Below are positions 26,325 through 35,715 of a DNA stretch of 64,000 nt, one piece after another. This stretch comes from an uncultured Gemmatimonas sp. (GTDB lineage Bacteria > Gemmatimonadota > Gemmatimonadetes > Gemmatimonadales > GWC2-71-9). A program made the position numbers and the translations under genes. The first letter of the stretch is position 1. Every line of letters begins with the position of its first letter. The stretch is from positions 9,216 to 73,215 of the forward strand of contig CAYTMW010000016.1 of NCBI GenBank assembly GCA_964439025.1, written 5' to 3'. A model generated the notes under the pieces. It was not told the origin of the DNA and searched no databases. It saw only the letters and a list, made by a program, of their open reading frames with translations.

Positions 26325-27943
26325 TCCAGCCCGAAGCGCTCCGATCCGACGAGTACCAGCCGTGGTCGCGTGGCCGGGGCACCGACGTCTGGGCGATGCT
26401 CCGCGCCGCCGTGGATGGTGACCTGGCTACGATCGAGGCGCTGGTTGCCAGGGATCCGAACCTGCTCGACTGCGAATTCGAGTACTACCGGCCGCTGCAT
26501 TTCGCGGTGCGTGAGAATCGTCGTGATGTCGTCCGGTTCCTGCTGGAGCAGGGCGCGGATCCGATGTGCGGCGGCCTCGGCTTTCGCCCGGTCTACAAGC
26601 CCGGCGGCCCCCGCAGCCACCAATGGCTGTTTGACGTGGCGCGTGAGCGTGGCTACGCCGAGGTACTCGCGCTGTTGGAGGCGAAGGTCGCGGAGAAGCA
26701 CAAAATCGTGCCCGAAGGGGAATCGCTGACGGCCATGATCCGCGGCCGCGATTTCGACCAGGTTCGCGCCACGCTCGACGCGAGGCCTGATCTCATCGAC
26801 GCCGCGGATGCCTTCGGCAGCCAGCCGCTCCACTGGGCGGTGATGACCAGGCAGATGCCCCTGATCGACCTGCTGCTCCAGCGCGGCGCCGACATCGACG
26901 CCATGCGTCCCGATGGAGCGCGCCCGCTCGATCTCACCAACGGCGACTATTGGTATCGCGGCTGGCAGGATGTCCCGCGGGAGGCGCTCCGGCGGCACGA
27001 GGTCCTCATCGGCTACCTGTTGGCGCGCGGCGCAGACTACGACATCAGCACCGCGGCGCAGCTCGGCGACCTCGAGCGGGTGCGCACGATGCTGGACGAG
27101 AATCCGGCGCTCGTCAACACGGTTCCGCCGAGCACAGGCTACTACAATGGGGCGCCGCTTCGGTGCGCGGCCGGAGGCGGACACCTGGATGTGGTGAGAC
27201 TGCTCCTGGATCATGGCGCTGACCCCAACCTGCCGGAGCCGGTCGCCCCGCATGGCGGCGCGTTGCACGAGGCCATTGGCGGCAAGCACTGGGAGATCGT
27301 CAAGCTGCTCCTCGAGCACGGCGCCAACCCCAACGCCATGGTCGAATCCTCCGGCAATTGCGTGTGGAGGGCGAGAGGCGCACCTCCGGAGATCCTGGAC
27401 CTACTGGCTTCACACGGCGGCGTCCTGGGCCTGGAACTGGCGTGCTACGAGGGCGACGTCGCCTACATCGAGGGAATGCTTCAGGCGAATCCGGCCCTTC
27501 CGATTCATCGGTACCTGGGCACCGATCGAGAAGAGCTCGTGGCCCTGGCTTTGCGCTACCAGCCGGCCGTTCTCACGAAGATGGTCTTCGGTGGCGCACA
27601 AACACCTGAGTACGCGCGCTGGCTGATGGAGCACGGCATGGATCCGAACCGAGGGAACTGGCTCGGGATGACGCCGCTGCACCGCTTCGCGCTCAACGGA
27701 AATCGGGAGATGGCCTCCCTTTGCCTCGAGTTCGGCGCCCGGATCGATCCTATCGATGACGAATTCTCCTCCACGCCGCTCTGCTGGGCCGCGCGGGCCG
27801 GTCAGAAGGAAATGGTCGAGTGGCTGCTCGCGCGCAGTGCGAACCCCGCGCTGCCTTACGACAAGCCATGGGCCCGGCCCGCCGAATGGGCCAAGCGGCG
27901 GGGGCACGACGAGATCGCGGCGCTGCTCAGCGCGTCGAGCTGA
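26321..27943 (+). CDS. ankyrin-repeat protein (540 aa)
   Basis: Multiple ANK repeats (PLHFAVRENRRDVVRFLLEQGADP; PLHWAVMTRQMPLIDLLLQRGADIDA; ALHEAIGGKHWEIVKLLLEHGANPNA). ATGA overlap with the VOC gene. Confidence 0.85.
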   Translation: MIQPEALRSDEYQPWSRGRGTDVWAMLRAAVDGDLATIEALVARDPNLLDCEFEYYRPLHFAVRENRRDVVRFLLEQGADPMCGGLGFRPVYKPGGPRSHQWLFDVARERGYAEVLALLEAKVAEKHKIVPEGESLTAMIRGRDFDQVRATLDARPDLIDAADAFGSQPLHWAVMTRQMPLIDLLLQRGADIDAMRPDGARPLDLTNGDYWYRGWQDVPREALRRHEVLIGYLLARGADYDISTAAQLGDLERVRTMLDENPALVNTVPPSTGYYNGAPLRCAAGGGHLDVVRLLLDHGADPNLPEPVAPHGGALHEAIGGKHWEIVKLLLEHGANPNAMVESSGNCVWRARGAPPEILDLLASHGGVLGLELACYEGDVAYIEGMLQANPALPIHRYLGTDREELVALALRYQPAVLTKMVFGGAQTPEYARWLMEHGMDPNRGNWLGMTPLHRFALNGNREMASLCLEFGARIDPIDDEFSSTPLCWAARAGQKEMVEWLLARSANPALPYDKPWARPAEWAKRRGHDEIAALLSASS

Positions 27944-29696
27944 TACCGCCGGGGTCTTCTTCACAAGGAGTCGACGCGGGGCCGGCGGCATCCAACAGGT
28001 CCGCGATCTGATCCAGCCCGCGCTGGCGGGCGCGATCCGCCGCCGTCTCCCCTTCCTTGTTTCTCAGCGATGGATCGGCTCCATGCGCCAGCAACAGACG
28101 GGCAATTTCCGTCGCGCGATCGTCATCGTCAGGCAGCCACATCAGCGGGGTGTGCCCACCACTCACGATCCTCGCAAGCCCGGGCTCGGCACTCAACAGT
28201 TCCTGTAGGCGCTCGACCGCTCCAATCCAGGTCAGCTCGAAGACATCCCGACTGACGCGGCTCAGGAGCTCGATCGTGCCCTGCTTCTTGCCGTAGACCG
28301 CCCAGCCAAGCGGCGTGTTGCCGTGGTTGGCGTCCCGGGGATCGACCTCCGCGCCGCGCTCGATGAGGAGTGCCACCACGCCGGGCGCGTCGGCATGCGC
28401 GGCCTCGTGCAGCGCGCGTGTCCTGCTGGAATCCTCGACATCGACCGACATGCCGAGGCCGAGCAGGAAGGCCACGACGTCGGCGCGGTCGCGTTTGGCA
28501 GCGGCGAACATCGCCACCGGCGAGCGCAGGTACTCCGGGTGCTCTGCCAGGAGCACAAGCGCTCGCGTGCGGTCGAGCCGGAGCGCTGCCGCCGCGAAGG
28601 CTTCCACCCCCTCCAGGACCACCGCGCTCCTGGTCGCCCCGTTACGCGCCAGCAACTCGGCCATCTCCAACTGGTCCAGGCGCACCGCTTCTTCGTAGAG
28701 AGTTCCCTTTGGATTGAATGTCAGATTGGAGGACTTCGGAACATTCGGACTTGCGCCATGCGCCAGGATCCATTCGGCGAGCGAAAGATCGTTCTTCCGC
28801 ACGGCGATTCCGAGCAGGTAGTACGCACCGGGACCGTAACCGCCCATGTCCAGCATCGCCCAGTTCGGATCATCCCAGTCGATTTGCCTGCCCAGCCTGA
28901 CCGCCTGGGCATACATCAGCTTCAGAAACCAGAGGATGTCGCCGCGAAAGTGCGTGTTATAGAGGGTCTGGTTGTCGTACGGCTCGGCACCACGCTCGAG
29001 GAGCAGCTGCCACAGCGCCTCGCGCTTGGGGTGCGGCGTTCCGTCCTCCTCACCCTCCCCGGCAACACAGGTCAGAGCCGTGTAATGGATGCTTTCGTTT
29101 CCACCGGGATAGTAGGCGTTCGGATCCGCGCCCCCGTCGAGCAGAGCGCGGGCAATGGCGACAGCGTGGTCGTCCGCGGTTGGGAGCGACAGGCGCGTGG
29201 AGCAGAGGTATAACAGCGGCGGCCAGTCTCTCGGTCCGCCCTTCTCTGGCGCGGCTGCAGGCCGTTCGGCGAGCAGGCGCTCGACTTCCTCCAGATCGCC
29301 GGAGACGACAGCCGTGTAGATGCTGTCGCACACAATCTCGGGATGCCGTCTGAGCAGGCGCTCGGCGGTGTGGCGGCACGAGGCCCGCATGGAGCCGCCG
29401 ACCCGCCAGTCGAGGCTCGCATTCCTCAGGAACGCGGCGACACGCTCGGCATGGCGGGGATCGACGCGCGCATTCGCGGCGAGCTCGTGGGTGAGGGCTG
29501 TCCAGCCGGGGAGACCGTGTTCCAGCGCAAGCGCGTGCTGGACGTCACGCAGAATGGGATCGGTGGGTGCGCCGGGGTGGGCTTGCTCGAATCGAGCCCA
29601 TGCTTCGGCGACATTTGCGCGAAGGGCGTGGAGCCAGCGCTTCGCTTGCTTCTTCAGGTTCTCGAGGGTGCTCTGGGGCGTGAGTTTCCTGCTCAT
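27927..29696 (-). CDS. ankyrin-repeat protein (589 aa) with helical N-terminal domain
   Basis: ANK repeats (ALHEAAHADAPGVVALLIERGAEVDP; TPLMWLPDDDDRATEIARLLLAHGADPSL). The N-terminus is LENLKKQAKRWLHALRAN... It is convergent with the previous gene and overlaps its 3' end by 17 nt. Confidence 0.85.
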   Translation of the reverse strand: MSRKLTPQSTLENLKKQAKRWLHALRANVAEAWARFEQAHPGAPTDPILRDVQHALALEHGLPGWTALTHELAANARVDPRHAERVAAFLRNASLDWRVGGSMRASCRHTAERLLRRHPEIVCDSIYTAVVSGDLEEVERLLAERPAAAPEKGGPRDWPPLLYLCSTRLSLPTADDHAVAIARALLDGGADPNAYYPGGNESIHYTALTCVAGEGEEDGTPHPKREALWQLLLERGAEPYDNQTLYNTHFRGDILWFLKLMYAQAVRLGRQIDWDDPNWAMLDMGGYGPGAYYLLGIAVRKNDLSLAEWILAHGASPNVPKSSNLTFNPKGTLYEEAVRLDQLEMAELLARNGATRSAVVLEGVEAFAAAALRLDRTRALVLLAEHPEYLRSPVAMFAAAKRDRADVVAFLLGLGMSVDVEDSSRTRALHEAAHADAPGVVALLIERGAEVDPRDANHGNTPLGWAVYGKKQGTIELLSRVSRDVFELTWIGAVERLQELLSAEPGLARIVSGGHTPLMWLPDDDDRATEIARLLLAHGADPSLRNKEGETAADRARQRGLDQIADLLDAAGPASTPCEEDPGGISSTR

Positions 29697-29964
29697 GAAA
29701 AACCTTCCTCCCGTAGCCGCCTGAAGTCCGCTGAATTACAGGCTGGAAGAAGGTTCGGCGATGGTGCTGCGAACCCGAATGGGTGGGAGTATTCTCCCTT
29801 GCCGCGGACAGGAGGCGCCCCAACACGCTCTGAGCGTAGAGATGCGCCCTGCTGCCCGGTTTGTCAATGGCGGGTAGACTCCGGCACAGCTCGGGCTGGA
29901 CGCAACGTGTTTCATGGCGCTACGCTTGGTGCTGAGGGATGCTCCGGCACTCAGAGGATAGAGT

Positions 29965-30255
29965 ATGTGGCTTCTCGCAGTAGCCTGTTTCGGCCTGATC
30001 GTTCCCAATGGCGTGTTCGTGTACTGGCTGCTCACCGAGTTCACCGGGCTGGGGATGGTGCTGGAGAACAAGCTGGCTGTCGCTTTCATTCTCGATGCAG
30101 CGCTGGCCCTCGCCCTCCGCACCGTGTACTTCGCACGGCATCCCATCGGCCGGGTCCGCTGGCCCTGGTTTGTCGCCTTCTCCCTCCTGGGCGGTCTCGG
30201 ATTCAGTCTGCCGTTTTATTATTGGATCAACCACCGTAGACAAGCGGAGACGTAG
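29965..30255 (+). CDS. small integral membrane protein (3 predicted TM helices)
   Basis: MWLLAVACFGLIVPNGVFVYWLL ... LAVAFILDAALALALRTVYF ... WFVAFSLLGGLGFSLPFYYWI. Confidence 0.55.
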   Translation: MWLLAVACFGLIVPNGVFVYWLLTEFTGLGMVLENKLAVAFILDAALALALRTVYFARHPIGRVRWPWFVAFSLLGGLGFSLPFYYWINHRRQAET

Positions 30256-30368
30256 CGCGGCGATGTTCTGCTGCTGAGGGCACGTAGCCACGGGGACGCG
30301 AAGACGCGCCTGGTACGATCCTTCGGTAGATTGTTCGGGCAAAGAAACCACCGCGAGGAAAGGTTCCC

Positions 30369-31178
30369 ATGCGAAAGTCGCTCGCCGTACTGGCCGTGCT
30401 CTGCCTGGGTGTTGCCACCGGGCTCAGCGCGCACGACATGTTTCTCAAGTTGCGCAGCTTCTTCGTGGCGGAAAACTCGGCGGTCGTCGTTCCGCTGCTC
30501 AACGGCACCTTCAGCACGAGCGAGAATTCGATCGACCGGAACCGGATCGTCGACGTCAGCCTGGTCTCTCCCGAGGGCCGGACCCGATACGACACCTCCA
30601 CCGTGAGCGCGCGGGGAGACAGCACCTTCTTCCGGATCGCGACCGGCGCGGGGGGAACCTACGTGCTCGGAGTGTCGACCCGCACAAACCAGCTCAAGAT
30701 CAGCGGCAAGGAATTCAGCGGGTACCTGGAGGAGGAAGGCCTGATTGAGGTCATCGAGGCCCGGAAGCGCGAGGGGATCGCCTCCGATTCTGCGAGTGAG
30801 CGGTACGCCAAGCATGTGAAGGCGATTTTCCAGGTGGGCACGACGCGGAACGATGGCTACGCCGCGGTGCTCGGGTATCCCGCCGAGTTGATCCCGCTGG
30901 ACAACCCCTACGCGGTGAAGCCCGGCGGAACGCTCCAGGTTCGCGCGCTCGTCAACGGCACGCCGGCAGTGGGGCTCACCTTGCTTGCGGGAGGCCGCAC
31001 CACCGGCGGTGCCCGCCTCCCGGTGCAAACCGTTCGCACCGGGCCGGATGGGGAGGCAACCATCCGCGCCCCACGCCGAGGCCTTTACTACGTGAAATTC
31101 ATCTCGATGGTGAAGCTGACCGGCGGCGCCACGGACTATGTGTCGAACTGGGCAACATTGACCTTCCAGATCCGGTGA
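30369..31178 (+). CDS. DUF4198-like periplasmic protein
   Basis: Signal peptide followed by AHDMFLK, the usual mature N-terminus of DUF4198 (NikM-like) proteins. The remainder is beta-rich. Confidence 0.6.
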   Translation: MRKSLAVLAVLCLGVATGLSAHDMFLKLRSFFVAENSAVVVPLLNGTFSTSENSIDRNRIVDVSLVSPEGRTRYDTSTVSARGDSTFFRIATGAGGTYVLGVSTRTNQLKISGKEFSGYLEEEGLIEVIEARKREGIASDSASERYAKHVKAIFQVGTTRNDGYAAVLGYPAELIPLDNPYAVKPGGTLQVRALVNGTPAVGLTLLAGGRTTGGARLPVQTVRTGPDGEATIRAPRRGLYYVKFISMVKLTGGATDYVSNWATLTFQIR

Positions 31179-32314
31179 GCTTCGGCGAATCCGCCAGCGG
31201 CGTGCTGGCGCTCGCCCGGCGCCTCCTCGCACTGGATACGATCAACCCTCCCGGGAAGGAATCCGCGGCCGCGCACATGCTGGGGGACCTTCTGGCCGAC
31301 GCGGGTTACCAAACCGGTTACTTCAATTTTGCCCCCGGCCGCACGACGCTGCTCGCCACCCTCCCTGGCAGTGTCAACCGGCTCCCCATCGGCTTCACCG
31401 GGCATCTCGATACCGTTCCCCTTGGAGCCGCTCCCTGGACCCACGATCCGTTCGGCGGCGACGTGGTTGACGACCGCCTCTATGGCCGGGGTGCTTCCGA
31501 CATGAAGGCGGCGGTGGCCGCGATGGTGGTGATGGCGATCCGGCATGCCGCGGTCGGAGGTCGGAAAGCGGGGATCACTCTCGTCATCACGGCGGGGGAG
31601 GAGACGTCCTGCGAGGGCGCCCGGCACCTCGCCGCGAGCGTGGACCTACAGGGCGCCGTCGGGGCGCTGGTCGTCGGGGAGCCGACAGCGAATCATCCGC
31701 TGATCGCGCATAAGGGCTGCGTGCGATACCGAATCTCGACGAAGGGCGTTTCCGCGCACGGCTCGATGCCCGATCAAGGGGTCAATGCGATTCACCGCAT
31801 GGCAGAGGTGATTCAGCAGCTTCGAGATTTTGACTTTCGCACCGCGGCACATCCGCTGCTGGGGCCGCCGACGCTCAACATCGGGACGATGACCGGCGGC
31901 AGCAGCATCAACTCCGTGGCCGATGCGGCCTCGATTGGAGTCGACATCCGGCTGGTGCCGGGACAGCGCGAAGAGTCCGTTCTGGCCCGTCTCCGAGCCG
32001 AGCTCGGCGAAGATGCGAGCATCGAGCGTCTGGAAGGCGCCACCAGCGTCGAGACGGACCCAGCGCATCCGTGGATCCAGAGCGTCTTCGATGTGATGAA
32101 AGGAGTACTCGGCGAGCGCCCTGGGCCGGCGGGGGTTCCTTACTTCACCGATGCCTCGGTGCTGACGGCGGCGTTCGGGAATCCGCCGACGGTCATCCTC
32201 GGTCCCGGACAGCCGGAGATGGCGCACAAGACCGACGAGTTCTGCCGGGTTTCGCTCCTGGACATGTCTGTCGAGGTGTACGGAAACATCGTCAGGACGT
32301 GGGGGTCAGGCTAA
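31175..32314 (+). CDS. M20 family metallopeptidase (ArgE/DapE-like deacylase)
   Basis: GTGA overlap with the previous gene. Motifs are GHLDTVP, GRGASDMKAAVA and TAGEETSCEGA. Confidence 0.8.
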   Translation: MSFGESASGVLALARRLLALDTINPPGKESAAAHMLGDLLADAGYQTGYFNFAPGRTTLLATLPGSVNRLPIGFTGHLDTVPLGAAPWTHDPFGGDVVDDRLYGRGASDMKAAVAAMVVMAIRHAAVGGRKAGITLVITAGEETSCEGARHLAASVDLQGAVGALVVGEPTANHPLIAHKGCVRYRISTKGVSAHGSMPDQGVNAIHRMAEVIQQLRDFDFRTAAHPLLGPPTLNIGTMTGGSSINSVADAASIGVDIRLVPGQREESVLARLRAELGEDASIERLEGATSVETDPAHPWIQSVFDVMKGVLGERPGPAGVPYFTDASVLTAAFGNPPTVILGPGQPEMAHKTDEFCRVSLLDMSVEVYGNIVRTWGSG

Positions 32315-32412
32315 CTGGACAGCACAGCATTCGCATCAATGCGCAGTATCGCATTTGCTTTCGATGGGAGGATGGGTATGCCGACGAGGTCGAAGTCACG
32401 GACTACCACTAG
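32314..32412 (+). pseudogene. higB: 5'-deleted higB (plasmid-maintenance-killer type toxin), last ~32 codons only
   Basis: Directly after the peptidase stop the frame reads TGQHSIRINAQYRICFRWEDGYADEVEVTDYH*, the conserved C-terminus of classical HigB. The N-terminal ~60 residues are absent. Confidence 0.75.
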
Positions 32413-32422
32413 GCGTGGGCGA

Positions 32423-32755
32423 TTGACCCCACGGCCGTTGATCACTCGACCATTGCCGACCCGGCGTCCGCCGACCCACCCGGGCGAGATGCTATTGGAG
32501 GAATTCCTTCGCCCGCTGGGGGTCTCCCAATCTGCTTTCGCGGTGCGTCTCGGGGTCTCGTTTCCGCGGCTCAACGAGATCGTCCGGGCGAAGCGCGGCG
32601 TGACTCCGGACACCGCCCTTCGTCTAGCGCGTGTCACAGGGATGAGCGCGGATTTCTGGCTCGGGCTGCAGCAGGATTGGGATCTCTGGCACGCCCTACG
32701 GTCGGGAGCGGCGGCAGAGATCCAGCGCCTGGAGCCTCTCTCCCACGCGAGCTAG
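32423..32755 (+). CDS. higA: HigA (VapI-type) HTH antitoxin; start among TTG 32423/32438/32453
   Basis: THPGEMLLEEFLRPLGVSQSAFAVRLGVSFPRLNEIVRAKRGVTPDTALRLARVTGMSADFWLGLQQDWDLW is the canonical HigA pattern. Confidence 0.8.
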   Translation: MTPRPLITRPLPTRRPPTHPGEMLLEEFLRPLGVSQSAFAVRLGVSFPRLNEIVRAKRGVTPDTALRLARVTGMSADFWLGLQQDWDLWHALRSGAAAEIQRLEPLSHAS

Positions 32756-32797
32756 CGACGGGTTGGGTGTAGAGCCGGAGACCGGGGCGCCTGCCCC

Positions 32798-34669
32798 TCA
32801 CCACGCGATCCCGTAATCCTCCCCATGGTGGCTCGACCCGCCCCACATGGATCCGTGCTTCCGGTCGAAGAAGATCGCGTTGATCGGCCCGGAGGTGCGC
32901 GCCTCGAACTCCAGCGTGTATCCCATCCTCCGAAGCTCGGCGCGGATCCATTCCGGCACCGCATCCGCCAGCAGCATCCGCCCCGGGCGCGACTCATGCC
33001 CGCCGAACGAGGTGCGCAACTGGAATGAATTCATGTTGGGCGCTTCGACCGCCTGCTGCACCGTCATCCCGAACTCGACAACGTTGAGGAAGAACTGCAG
33101 CAGGTTCTGATCCTGGCTGTCGCCCCCCTGCACCGCGAACGACAAGTACGGCAACCCGTCCTTGAGCGCCATCGTCGGGGTCAGCGTCACCCGCGGCCGC
33201 TTGCCGGGCTCCACCACATTGAACGGCCCGTCGGCGGCATCGGTCACGAAGCTCTGCATCCGCTGGCTCAGGCCCACGCCGGTCCGCCCGGCGATCACCG
33301 CGGGAACCCACCCTCCGCTCGGCGTGACCGACACCACCCATCCTTCGGCGTCTGCGGCTTCGATCGACGTAGTGCCGCTGTTGAACGTCGCGCGAAACGC
33401 TTCGAAGGACTCCCTCGACTCGGGCTGCGGCACCGGACGGTCCTGCGGGAGAGGAATCGGGCCGGTCGCGCTCCAGCCGGCCAGGAGCTCCGCGAAAGGA
33501 TTGCTCCCGCCCTGGAAGGGATAGGGATCGCCCGGCTTGATGGCGGGATCGTTCCGGTCCCAGTTGATCGTGGCGAACCGCTGCTTCGCGTACGCCTTGG
33601 AGAGAAGTCCCTTGACCGGCTCCTCCGGCGCGAAGGCGGGATCGCCATAGTAGAAATCGCGGTCGGCGAAGGCGAGGCTCATCGCCTGGTACACCGTGTG
33701 GAGATAGCGCGTGCTGTTGTAGCCCATCGCCTTGATGTCGGCGTTCTCCAGGATATTGAGCGCCTGAAGCATCGCCGGGCCCTGCTGCCACATCGGGAGC
33801 TTGTAGACTTCGATCCCGCGGTACGAGGTCGAGAGCGGCTCCTCGATCTTCACCTTCCACCCGGCCAGATCCTGCATGGTGATCAGTCCGCCCTCTTCCT
33901 GCGTCCCCCGCACCAGCTCCTGCGCGATGTCGCCCTTGTAGAACCGGTCATAGGCGGCGTAGATCGCCTCTTTCCTGCTCTTCCCCGCCTTGAGCGCATT
34001 CTGCTCCGCCTCGACCAGCTTCCGCAGCGTGACTAGCAAGTCAGCCTGACGGAAGATCTCCCCCGCCTCCGGCGCCTCACGGGCCGCCCCCGGATGGGTG
34101 AGAAACACCTCGCGCGAATACTTCCACCCCTTGATTCGCGCCTTCTCCGCTTCGATCCGGTTGGCGGTCTGTGCTTCGATCGGGTACCCCTCGGCGAGCT
34201 GGATCGCCGGCTCCAGAATCTCCCGCAGGGAGAGCCGGCCGTATTCGGCCAGCATCGTCATCAGGCCTCCCGGGGTTCCGGGCGTGACGGCGGCCAGCGG
34301 CCCGAACTCCGGCGGGTGCCGCATGTTTTTTGACTTGAAAAACGCGGCCGTCGCTCCCGTCGGCGCCACGCCCAACGCGTTGATGCCGATGACCTGCTTG
34401 AGACCCGGGTGATAGATGAGCGCCTGGGTCTCTCCGCCCCAGGAGAGCACATCCCACATCGTCGCGACCGAGGCAAGCATCGCGCAGGCCGCGTCCACCG
34501 CGTTGCCGCCCTTCTGGAAGATCATGGCGCCGGTCGTGGCGCCGAGCGGCTTGCCGGTGATCGCCATCCAGTGCCGGCCGTGCAGTGGCGGCTTGGCGGT
34601 CCGCTGCGCGGTGGCGGCGGAGGGCATCGTGAGGAGACAAGCAGAAACCACGGCGAATGTCAGACGCAT
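32798..34669 (-). CDS. ggt: gamma-glutamyltransferase
   Basis: ORF 32798..34918 trimmed to ATG 34669 (MRLTFAVVSACLL signal, GGAGG SD). The upstream part of the ORF is translated REP sequence. The autoprocessing region is NSGTTSIEAAD. Confidence 0.88.
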   Translation of the reverse strand: MRLTFAVVSACLLTMPSAATAQRTAKPPLHGRHWMAITGKPLGATTGAMIFQKGGNAVDAACAMLASVATMWDVLSWGGETQALIYHPGLKQVIGINALGVAPTGATAAFFKSKNMRHPPEFGPLAAVTPGTPGGLMTMLAEYGRLSLREILEPAIQLAEGYPIEAQTANRIEAEKARIKGWKYSREVFLTHPGAAREAPEAGEIFRQADLLVTLRKLVEAEQNALKAGKSRKEAIYAAYDRFYKGDIAQELVRGTQEEGGLITMQDLAGWKVKIEEPLSTSYRGIEVYKLPMWQQGPAMLQALNILENADIKAMGYNSTRYLHTVYQAMSLAFADRDFYYGDPAFAPEEPVKGLLSKAYAKQRFATINWDRNDPAIKPGDPYPFQGGSNPFAELLAGWSATGPIPLPQDRPVPQPESRESFEAFRATFNSGTTSIEAADAEGWVVSVTPSGGWVPAVIAGRTGVGLSQRMQSFVTDAADGPFNVVEPGKRPRVTLTPTMALKDGLPYLSFAVQGGDSQDQNLLQFFLNVVEFGMTVQQAVEAPNMNSFQLRTSFGGHESRPGRMLLADAVPEWIRAELRRMGYTLEFEARTSGPINAIFFDRKHGSMWGGSSHHGEDYGIAW

Positions 34670-34688
34670 GGTGCCTCCGGAGGGGCTC

Positions 34689-34734
34689 GGCCCCTTCGCT
34701 GCGCTCAGGCTGACCATCGAGCGCTCAGGGTGAC
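34689..34734 (+). repeat. REP core plus a second partial core
   Basis: GGCCCCTTCGCTGCGCTCAGGCTGAC (34689-34714) and GAGCGCTCAGGGTGAC (34720-34734), just upstream of the ggt start. Confidence 0.8.
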
Positions 34735-34793
34735 AACCTCGTGAGTTACCCGGGCGAGGGTGCGACGAGGGGTTTGGTCGCAATATCGAGTTC

Positions 34794-34819
34794 GGCCCCT
34801 TCGCTGCGCTCAGGGTGAC
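34794..34819 (+). repeat. REP core (GGCCCCTTCGCTGCGCTCAGGGTGAC)
   Basis: Contains the stop codon of the MBL hydrolase (34810-34812). Confidence 0.8.
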
Positions 34820-35715
34820 AATGGCTTCGGGACGGCAGCGGCGATCTCGGGACCCTTCTCGCCCTCTCCCACCCGGCCCATCACGACATCGGGATCGTGT
34901 CCGAAGAAGAGCCACCACTCCTCCTCGAGCGCCTCCCGGACCAGTTTCCGCTTCGACTCCAGCGTGCGGAGCGGCTCCAAATCGTAGCCCATGATCCAGG
35001 GAAGCGGGAGATGGTGCCGGGTGGGCATCACGTCCGCCAGGTAAAAGAGCGTTTCGCCCCCGCTCCGCAGCACCACGCTCTGATGATACGGTACGTGCCC
35101 CGGCGTCACCCGTACCGAGATCCCGGGGAGCACGTCCACGTCACCGTGCAGGAGCTTCCACTTCCCCGCTTCGGCGACCGGCTCGAAATTGTGGGGAAGG
35201 TACGACGCGCGGGTCCGCTCGTTCGGGTGACGGGCAAAGTCGAGGTCACCCCACTGCACGACGTAGGTGGCGTTGGGAAAGGTGAGCTTGGCCCCACCGA
35301 CGGCCACACCGTTCTGGTCGTGCTCCTCCCAGGTGTTGCCCCCCGCATGATCGAAATGCAGATGGGTGTTGATGACCCACCGCACGTCCGACGGCTCGAG
35401 ACCCGCTTCGGTCAGGGCCGCTTCGAGCTGTGTGCGCCCGCCGGGGCCGCTGTTCGTGACCCCGTAGATGTCCCGGAACTTGGCGTCTTCCTTGTTGCCC
35501 AGCCCCGTATCGATCAGCACCGGTCCATCGGGATGCTCGATCAACAGGCATCGCATCCCCAGCGGAATCCGGTTCCGGTCATCGGGCGTGATGCGCCTGG
35601 ACCAGAGCGGCTTGGGCACGACGCCGAACATCGCCCCTCCGTCGAGACGCTGGGTGCCGCTCTCGAGCGAGTGGCATTTGAAAGCGCCGAGGCTGAAGGA
35701 ATGGGTGAGTGCCAT
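34810..35715 (-). CDS. MBL-fold metallo-hydrolase
   Basis: ORF 34810..35940 trimmed to ATG 35715 (MALTHSF), with an ATGA overlap with the upstream gene. The metal motif is THLHFDHAGG. Confidence 0.8.
   Translation of the reverse strand: MALTHSFSLGAFKCHSLESGTQRLDGGAMFGVVPKPLWSRRITPDDRNRIPLGMRCLLIEHPDGPVLIDTGLGNKEDAKFRDIYGVTNSGPGGRTQLEAALTEAGLEPSDVRWVINTHLHFDHAGGNTWEEHDQNGVAVGGAKLTFPNATYVVQWGDLDFARHPNERTRASYLPHNFEPVAEAGKWKLLHGDVDVLPGISVRVTPGHVPYHQSVVLRSGGETLFYLADVMPTRHHLPLPWIMGYDLEPLRTLESKRKLVREALEEEWWLFFGHDPDVVMGRVGEGEKGPEIAAAVPKPLSP

Noticed and set aside
29701-29755. Hairpin AACCTTCCTCC ... GGAAGAAGGTT considered as another attC site.
   Set aside because: Its ends do not fit RYYYAAC/GTTRRRY (GTTTTTC / GCCGAAC on the minus strand) and it lacks the family's conserved inner arms. 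It is better explained as an RBS-sequestering 5' UTR hairpin of the ankyrin gene.
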